Shown here: piece after piece, positions 58,600 to 64,000 of the stretch
Layout: the number at the start of each line of letters is the position of its first letter
Numbering within the stretch: position 1 is the first letter of the stretch
NCBI GenBank assembly: GCA_964569265.1
Contig: CAZMTO010000003.1
Span: forward strand, 9,850 to 73,849
Reading direction: 5' to 3'
Length of the DNA stretch: 64,000 nt
From: an uncultured Peptococcaceae bacterium
GTDB lineage: Bacteria; Bacillota; Dehalobacteriia; UBA4068; UBA4997
Made by a program: the position numbers and the translations under genes
Notes under the pieces: model-generated
The model's database searches: none
Seen by the model: the letters and a program-made list of their open reading frames with translations, nothing else
Told to the model about the DNA's origin: nothing

Positions 58600-58620
58600 C
58601 AGCAACACAGAAGGGAGGCG

Positions 58621-59199
58621 GTGGCAGTGGACTCTGTTTTAATAGTATCAACCGAAAAGGGCCAGCGTGCTTTGGTGCAGCTTTTGGGCACACGCTTTGC
58701 CGCCGCCAAGCTTACTATTGCGGCCAGCGGCAACGAAGCCAGACGCCTGATGTTAAAGCAGGATTTTAATCTGGTAATTATAAACGCCCCGCTTACCGAC
58801 GAAACCGGGCAGGATTTGGCACTGGCAGCAGCACATCAATCAGCAGCCGGGGTAATGTTGCTGATAAAAGGGGATGGCCATAACCTGCTGCAACCAAATT
58901 TGTCGGATTATGGCATTATTGTGTTAGAAAAACCCCTGAACCGTATGGTTATGGAGCAGGCGCTTACCCTTATGCAAATAACCGGTGACCGTTTGGTAAA
59001 ATTGCAGGCGGAAAACCGCCGCCTGGAGCGCAAGCTTGACGAGCTGCGGCTGGTATCGCGGGCAAAATGCCTGCTTATAGCCAACAGGGGTCTTGCCGAA
59101 GAAGAAGCCCACGCCTACATTGAGCATTTGGCTATGGACAGACGCGAAACCAAAAGAACCGTTGCCGAAGCAATTATTGAAAGCTACCTGTCAGATTAA
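58621..59199 (+). CDS. ANTAR-domain RNA-binding response-regulator-like protein (NitR/AmiR/NasT-like antiterminator)
   Basis: N-terminal receiver-like fold and a C-terminal ANTAR helix bundle (RAKCLLIANRGLAEEEAHAYIEHLAMDRRETKRTVAEAII). Sits immediately downstream of glnA, as nitR does in Clostridium acetobutylicum. Confidence 0.75.
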   Translation: MAVDSVLIVSTEKGQRALVQLLGTRFAAAKLTIAASGNEARRLMLKQDFNLVIINAPLTDETGQDLALAAAHQSAAGVMLLIKGDGHNLLQPNLSDYGIIVLEKPLNRMVMEQALTLMQITGDRLVKLQAENRRLERKLDELRLVSRAKCLLIANRGLAEEEAHAYIEHLAMDRRETKRTVAEAIIESYLSD

Positions 59200-59240
59200 A
59201 TCAGCATTTGCCAAATTTGGTGCAATGCTGATTTTTTGTT
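59199..59240 (+). terminator. Terminator after the ANTAR gene (AATCAGCATT/AATGCTGATT stem followed by T6)
   Basis: Read directly. Confidence 0.75.
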
Positions 59241-59350
59241 GGGCAATATCAGTTGATTTTATAGGCGTTTTCCGTTATAATATAAATCAGCGCAATTTTG
59301 CATAAACAGCGGCAATGCCGGCCGCTGCAATATACTGGAGGACATTTAAA

Positions 59351-60781
59351 ATGGTTAAAGCTTATACCGAACTGGTGGCTCAGCAAAAAGAGTTCTTTTT
59401 AAAAAGCCCTACCACACATTATTTAAACGGCCGCGGCTACCGTGCCAACAAGTTGGCCGACCTGCGTGATGCCGTACAAAAATACGAACCCGAACTTTTG
59501 CAGGCACTGTATCTGGATTTGGGCAAAAGCGAATACGAAGCTTATACTACCGAGCTGCTGCCGATTTATCAGGAATTTAACCAGATATTTTCTAAAAGCG
59601 GCAATTGGCTAAAAAGTAAAAAGCTTATGCCGTCTAAGCTTACCATGCACGGGCAGGCCAGTATTCAAAACGACCCTAAAGGCTGCGTGCTGATAATTTC
59701 TCCGTGGAATTACCCGGTAAATCTGGCCATAATGCCTCTTATATCTGCTATGCTGGCGGGCAATGTCTGCGTATTAAAACCGTCGGAACACGCACCGCAT
59801 ACCGCTGCTGTGCTGGAAAAAATGATCAATTCTACCTTTAACCGTGAATACCTGTGCGTGGTAAACGGTGATGCCGAGGTTGCCAAAGCTCTGCTGGCTG
59901 AACCGTTTGATCATATCTTTTTTACCGGCAGCCCGGCTGTAGGCAAGCAGGTTATGGCTGCTGCTGCCAAAAATCTGGCTTCGGTAACGCTGGAGCTTGG
60001 CGGTAAATCACCGTGCATTGTAACCGACAGCGCCAACATTTATAAATCTGCCAAGGCCATTGTCTGGGCTAAGCTGCTGAACTGCGGGCAAACCTGTGTG
60101 GCACCGGATTATGTGTTGGTGGCCGAAGAACAAAAGGACGCGTTTGTTTCGTCGCTGGCGTTTGCATTCCGCGAGCTTTACGGTGAAACACCTTTAAAAT
60201 CTCCGGATTACGGGCGCATTGTTAACCGTGCGCATTTTGACCGCTTAAATGCCTATATTGAGCCGTATCGCGGCGGCGCCAAGCTGTTTTGCGGCGGGCA
60301 GACCGATGCCGAAAATTTAAAAATAGCACCGACTATTTTAACCGATATTGACGTAAACGACCCTTTGATGCAGGAAGAAATTTTTGGCCCCATATTGGTG
60401 GTGCTTACTTACGATAAAGTTATAAACGCCGTGCGCTTTATAAACAGCCGCCCCCAGCCTTTGGCAACCTATCTGTTTAATACTACGCAGGAAACTACCG
60501 AGCTGATAAGCTACAAGCTGCGTTGCGGAGGCCTGTGCATAAACGATACTATGTCGCAGATGATACACCCCGAACTGCCCTTTGGCGGCTGCGGTGCCAG
60601 CGGTATGGGGCGTTACCACGGCAAGGCCGGCTATTTAGAATTTTCTAATCAGCGGGCGGTGTTTTCGGCACACAAGCAGCCCAACGAGCTGCGTTTTGCG
60701 CCTTATACCGATGCTAAGCTTGCCAAACTTAAACAAACCTTTAAGCTGGGTAAGGGCCTTACCGATAAAAATATCCGCTAA
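59351..60781 (+). CDS. NAD(P)-dependent aldehyde dehydrogenase (ALDH class 3-like)
   Basis: ALDH fold with the catalytic Cys region LNCGQTCVAPDY and Glu motif ELGGKSP. Start at ATG 59351 after ggagga. A promoter TTGATT/TATAAT lies at 59253-59281. Confidence 0.8.
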   Translation: MVKAYTELVAQQKEFFLKSPTTHYLNGRGYRANKLADLRDAVQKYEPELLQALYLDLGKSEYEAYTTELLPIYQEFNQIFSKSGNWLKSKKLMPSKLTMHGQASIQNDPKGCVLIISPWNYPVNLAIMPLISAMLAGNVCVLKPSEHAPHTAAVLEKMINSTFNREYLCVVNGDAEVAKALLAEPFDHIFFTGSPAVGKQVMAAAAKNLASVTLELGGKSPCIVTDSANIYKSAKAIVWAKLLNCGQTCVAPDYVLVAEEQKDAFVSSLAFAFRELYGETPLKSPDYGRIVNRAHFDRLNAYIEPYRGGAKLFCGGQTDAENLKIAPTILTDIDVNDPLMQEEIFGPILVVLTYDKVINAVRFINSRPQPLATYLFNTTQETTELISYKLRCGGLCINDTMSQMIHPELPFGGCGASGMGRYHGKAGYLEFSNQRAVFSAHKQPNELRFAPYTDAKLAKLKQTFKLGKGLTDKNIR

Positions 60782-60803
60782 AATATACGTTAAAAATTAT
60801 ATA

Positions 60804-60853
60804 ATAAGCCTTTCAAATTTGTTTATAATAAGCTTGAAAGGCTTATTTTTTTT
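60804..60853 (+). terminator. Terminator after the ALDH gene (13-bp stem ATAAGCCTTTCAA/TTGAAAGGCTTAT followed by T8)
   Basis: Read directly. Confidence 0.75.
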
Positions 60854-60864
60854 ATAAGAGGTGA

Positions 60865-61299
60865 ATGACGTTGCACAGCAAATTACCCCTTGACCTTTGG
60901 CAGCTTGCCTGCACCGGCGGCTTTGGTAAGCTTCTGCTGTTGCTTAGCGGTGCTTTAGGCTACGGGTTGATAGAAATTTTTTGGCGCGGCTGTACACATT
61001 GGTCTATGCTTATGGCCGGGGCCGTGTGCTTTTGTATGATAGACGAGCTGGATAAAAATGTAACAGAGCTTGGCGATTGGAGCAAGGCTTTTTTGGCGGC
61101 ATTGGCAATAACCGCCGTAGAGTTGGTGACAGGGGTGGTGTTTAATATTTATGGGCACGCCTATGTGTGGGATTATTCGGCGCTGCCATATAACTTTATG
61201 GGGCAGATTTGCCTGTATTATGCACTTATATGGGTGGGGCTGGCGCGGCTGCTGCTGCCGATAAGACGCTGGCTGGCTGCCGGACTGCAAAATTTTTAA
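60865..61299 (+). CDS. Small polytopic membrane protein, DUF1113/putative ABC-transporter type IV (CmpB-like) family candidate
   Basis: 4 predicted TM helices. The VWDYSALPYNFMGQICL motif resembles the WDYS signature I recall for that family. Low certainty. Confidence 0.4.
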   Translation: MTLHSKLPLDLWQLACTGGFGKLLLLLSGALGYGLIEIFWRGCTHWSMLMAGAVCFCMIDELDKNVTELGDWSKAFLAALAITAVELVTGVVFNIYGHAYVWDYSALPYNFMGQICLYYALIWVGLARLLLPIRRWLAAGLQNF

Positions 61300-61317
61300 T
61301 GATGTTAAGCAAAAACC

Positions 61318-61367
61318 CTTGACACACTTGCCAAGATGCGGTATAATAGCATAGTTGCTGTGTCAAG
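61318..61367 (+). promoter_or_regulatory. Perfect-consensus sigma-70 promoter of ylxM-ffh (TTGACA, 17 nt spacer, TATAAT), embedded in a 9-bp inverted repeat CTTGACACA...TGTGTCAAG
   Basis: Read directly. The -35 is at 61319-61324 and the -10 at 61342-61347. The repeat arms are at 61318-61326 and 61359-61367. Confidence 0.55.
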
Positions 61368-61414
61368 TAAATTATCTTGATAGCACAAGATGAGTCAGGT
61401 AGGGTGATGATCCA

Positions 61415-61750
61415 ATGGATAAGCTGGGCAAAAAGCTGTTGCTGTTTGATGTTTACGGCTCGCTGTTAACAGAAAAGCAACGTCAGGCAATGTCTTTAGC
61501 TTATAACGAGGATCTTTCCTTAGGAGAAATTGCCGCTATGCAGGGCATAAGCCGTCAGGCTGTTTTTGATGCCATACGCCGCGGTGAGGAGCTTTTGGAA
61601 AGCTACGACGAAAAGCTGGGGCTGGTTGCCCGCGGCAGCTTAGAACAGGCTGCCTACCGGGAGCTTTGTCTGGCTGAGGCTAATGCCGATTGGCAGTTGG
61701 TAGCCAATGCCCGCAAAAAGCTGGCCGCCTTAAGCAGCGACGATAAATAA
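61415..61750 (+). CDS. ylxM: YlxM/UPF0122 putative DNA-binding protein (sigma-70 region-4-like HTH), SRP-operon associated
   Basis: 111 aa with an HTH (LSLGEIAAMQGISRQAV). Sits directly upstream of ffh as in Bacillus. Confidence 0.75.
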   Translation: MDKLGKKLLLFDVYGSLLTEKQRQAMSLAYNEDLSLGEIAAMQGISRQAVFDAIRRGEELLESYDEKLGLVARGSLEQAAYRELCLAEANADWQLVANARKKLAALSSDDK

Positions 61751-61769
61751 ACAAAAGTGGGGTGAGCCA

Positions 61770-63182
61770 ATGGCCGTATTCAGCAGCTTAGCTGATAAAT
61801 TACAGGATACCTTTAAAAAGCTAACCGGCAAGGGCAAACTGACCGAAGCCGACATCAACGAGGCAATGCGAACCGTCCGTATGGCTCTGTTAGAAGCTGA
61901 CGTTAGCTACAAGGTGGTTAAGGATTTTGTAGCCACCGTTAAAGAACGTTCGGTGGGTGCCGAGATTTTAGAAAGTTTAACCCCCGGCCAGCAGGTTGTT
62001 AAAATAGTACACGAAGAACTGACCAAGCTTATGGGGGCAGAAAATGCCGCTATCAATATGGCAGAAAAGCCGCCGACGATTATTATGATGGCCGGTTTGC
62101 AGGGTTCGGGTAAAACTACATCTGCTGCCAAAATTGCCAACCTGTTCAAAAAAAAGGGGCGCCGCCCGCTGTTGGTAGCCGGTGATATTTATCGCCCGGC
62201 CGCTATTAAACAGTTGCAGGTTTTGGGTGAACAAACCGGCATACCGGTGTTTAGCCTTGGTGATAAAGTAAGCCCGGTAGAAATTGCCCGCCAGGGTGTG
62301 GCACACGCTGTAGCCAACCACAATGACCTTGTGCTGATAGATACCGCCGGACGCCTGCATATTGACGAAGCGCTGATGCAGGAGCTTAAGGATATCAAAG
62401 CTACTGTTGCCCCGCACGAAATTTTGCTGGTTATAGATTCGATGGCCGGCCAGGATGCCATTAAGGTAGCCGAAACCTTTAACGCCGAGCTGGAAATTGA
62501 TGGTTTGGTGCTTACCAAGATGGACGGCGATACCCGCGGTGGTGCGGCACTGTCGGCTAAGGCAGTTACCGGCAAGCCGATTAAATTTGTCGGTATGGGA
62601 GAAAAGCTTGACGCTATGGAGCCTTTTTATCCCGACCGTATGGCATCGCGTATTTTGGGTATGGGCGATGTTTTGACCCTGATTGAAAAAGCGCAGGAAG
62701 CTATTGACGAAAAAAAGGCGCAGGAGCTGGAAAGCAAAATGCGCACATCTACCTTTACGTTAGATGATTTTCTCGATCAATTGGCTGAAATACGCAAAAT
62801 GGGTAACGTAAAAGATATGCTTGCTATGCTCCCCGGAGTAGGCAACAAGCTTAAAGATATAGAATTTGATGAAAAGGAATTGCGCAAGGTAGAATCTATC
62901 GTACTTTCGATGACTAAGGCCGAGCGCCAAAACCCGGACATCATCAATGCTTCTCGCAAGCGGCGCATTGCAGCCGGCGCCGGCGTGCAGGTTATGCAGG
63001 TAAACAGGCTGCTGCATCAGTTTGAAGATATGCGCAAGCTTATGAAAAAGCTGGTAAGTGAAGGCAAAATAAAGCCAGACCGCGTACATAAGCCGCGCAA
63101 CAAAAAAGGCAAGGGCGGCGGTGCCAAAGCTTCGGTGCGGCGCAGTGCCATTAACAGTATGATGTCTAAGTTCTTCAAATAA
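61770..63182 (+). CDS. ffh: Signal recognition particle protein Ffh
   Basis: N-domain, a G-domain GTPase (GLQGSGKTT, DTAGR) and a Met-rich M-domain. A basic C-terminus. Confidence 0.95.
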   Translation: MAVFSSLADKLQDTFKKLTGKGKLTEADINEAMRTVRMALLEADVSYKVVKDFVATVKERSVGAEILESLTPGQQVVKIVHEELTKLMGAENAAINMAEKPPTIIMMAGLQGSGKTTSAAKIANLFKKKGRRPLLVAGDIYRPAAIKQLQVLGEQTGIPVFSLGDKVSPVEIARQGVAHAVANHNDLVLIDTAGRLHIDEALMQELKDIKATVAPHEILLVIDSMAGQDAIKVAETFNAELEIDGLVLTKMDGDTRGGAALSAKAVTGKPIKFVGMGEKLDAMEPFYPDRMASRILGMGDVLTLIEKAQEAIDEKKAQELESKMRTSTFTLDDFLDQLAEIRKMGNVKDMLAMLPGVGNKLKDIEFDEKELRKVESIVLSMTKAERQNPDIINASRKRRIAAGAGVQVMQVNRLLHQFEDMRKLMKKLVSEGKIKPDRVHKPRNKKGKGGGAKASVRRSAINSMMSKFFK

Positions 63183-63239
63183 TTCAGTCAACACATTTTA
63201 ATTTATTTATACAGATATCTTTTTGGGGAGGTGAAATCA

Positions 63240-63497
63240 ATGGCAACTAAAATTCGTCTGCGTCGTATGGGCGCTAAAAAGGCTCCGTTTTATCGTGTAG
63301 TTGTTGCGGATTCCCGCAGCCCTCGTGACGGTCGTTTTATCGAAGAGATCGGTTATTACAACCCGATTTCCGAGCCGACTGAGATCAACATCAACGAGGA
63401 AAAGGCTCTTAAGTGGTTGGCTTGCGGCGCTGAGCCGTCTGAAACCGTTAAGAATTTGCTTAAAACTACCGGTATTTGGGCAAAGCGCAGCAAATAA
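63240..63497 (+). CDS. rpsP: 30S ribosomal protein S16
   Basis: [35 protein letters not shown]. Start at ATG 63240 after ggaggtga. Confidence 0.9.
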   Translation: MATKIRLRRMGAKKAPFYRVVVADSRSPRDGRFIEEIGYYNPISEPTEININEEKALKWLACGAEPSETVKNLLKTTGIWAKRSK

Positions 63498-63539
63498 TGT
63501 CTGAATAAGTATAGTCAATGCATAAGGAGATAAACTATT

Positions 63540-63770
63540 ATGAAAGAATTGATTGAACACATAGCAAAATCTCTTGTGACTCAACCGGATTCAGTCGAAG
63601 TTGTAGAAACCGTTAAGGATAACCGCACCGTACACCTGGAGCTGCACACAGCCAAGGAAGATATGGGTAAGGTTATTGGCAAGCAGGGGCGTATTGCCAA
63701 GGCTATGCGTACAGTTTTAAAGGCTGCCGCTACCACCGAAGGCAAAAAAGCCAATCTGGATATTGTTTAA
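63540..63770 (+). CDS. KH-domain RNA-binding protein (YlqC/UPF0109)
   Basis: 76 aa with the GKVIGKQGRIAKAMRTV KH signature, between rpsP and rimM. Confidence 0.8.
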   Translation: MKELIEHIAKSLVTQPDSVEVVETVKDNRTVHLELHTAKEDMGKVIGKQGRIAKAMRTVLKAAATTEGKKANLDIV

Positions 63771-63890
63771 TTTAATAGGTATCGGTCACGATATAATTAA
63801 AAAAACCGAACGGTTTGCAGCGATGCTTAATTTGGCAGGAGAGTCTTTGTGCAGGCTCTCCTGCTTATGTTATTAAAGGAGCAAATTTTT

Positions 63891-64000
63891 ATGACAGATA
63901 AAATGATCAACGTGGGCGAAATAACCGGCGCGCATGGCATAAAAGGGCAGGTAAAGGTAGCTTCGCTTACCGATTTTCCGGATATTCGCTTTGCACCGGG
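63891..64000 (+). CDS. rimM: Ribosome maturation factor RimM (N-terminal fragment, continues beyond the window)
   Basis: N-terminal INVGEITGAHGIKGQVKV, in the conserved rpsP-KH-rimM order. Confidence 0.8.
   Translation, partial: MTDKMINVGEITGAHGIKGQVKVASLTDFPDIRFAP

Noticed and set aside
63799-63816. AAACCG-AA-CGGTTT hairpin after the KH gene stop
   Set aside because: The loop is too short (2 nt) and the adjacent A-tract is on the wrong side for a plus-strand terminator. The nearby 63835-63863 hairpin is the better structure.

Overview
This window is a 64 kb, roughly 55% GC chromosomal core segment of a Gram-positive, Clostridia-like bacterium. I base that on gene order, lipoboxes, Shine-Dalgarno usage, and SpoIID- and BclA-like spore-type genes. 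Nearly all coding space is recognisable housekeeping, left to right:

- **Phosphate uptake (235-6618):** a phosphate-uptake and two-component regulatory operon, pstSCAB-phoU-phoP-phoR, preceded by a candidate Pho box.
- **Mixed transport and repair (6624-13606):** two EamA/DMT transporters, a Y-family translesion polymerase with a YolD-like partner, a CPA2 cation:proton antiporter with RCK_C tails, and an orphan lipoprotein.
- **Minus-strand pair (13666-16502):** a CapA-like metallophosphatase and an acetyl-CoA hydrolase/transferase family enzyme.
- **Divergent amidohydrolase (16774-18150):** dihydroorotase/allantoinase-like.
- **Morphogenesis block (18239-31590):** valS, folC, maf, mreBCD, PBP2, minCDE, rodA and a D,D-carboxypeptidase.
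- **Repair and secretion block (31755-45097):** ruvCAB, queH, a SpoIID/LytB-domain protein, queA, tgt, yajC, secDF, recJ, miaB and an endonuclease IV-like gene.
- **Respiratory module and tRNA (45305-48653):** sdhCAB of the Bacillus single cytochrome b type, then tRNA-Gly(CCC).
- **Surface protein (48766-49467):** a minus-strand BclA-like collagen-repeat protein with a poly-cysteine N-terminus.
- **Nitrogen-assimilation block (49598-59199):** a type III glutamine synthetase transcribed divergently from a five-gene archaeal-type split glutamate synthase operon (amidotransferase domain, ferredoxin-FMN domain, a free 2[4Fe-4S] ferredoxin, an FAD/NAD(P)H oxidoreductase, GXGXG domain), then a type I glutamine synthetase and an ANTAR-domain regulator.
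- **Tail of the window (59351-64000):** an ALDH, a small membrane protein, ylxM-ffh, rpsP, a KH protein, and the start of rimM.

I found no CRISPR array, no transposase or integrase, no obvious defence island, and no multi-gene system that is clearly novel. The items most worth a second look are all regulatory or structural. They are:

1. The glnN leader, which has a strong intrinsic terminator overlapped by a hairpin whose hexaloop has the ANTAR-type A1/G4 pattern.
2. A 17-bp perfect palindrome between the divergent glnN and gltB promoters, and a 12-bp inverted repeat bracketing the glnA promoter.
3. The Cys-rich BclA-like gene next to a tRNA, carrying a sigma-K-like promoter.
4. A MinC reduced to its C-terminal domain.
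5. A 9-bp inverted repeat embedding the perfect-consensus ylxM-ffh promoter.
6. The unusual electron-donor composition of the split GOGAT.

Every call is from reading the sequence and from remembered family motifs. No database search was possible, so all product names need confirmation.
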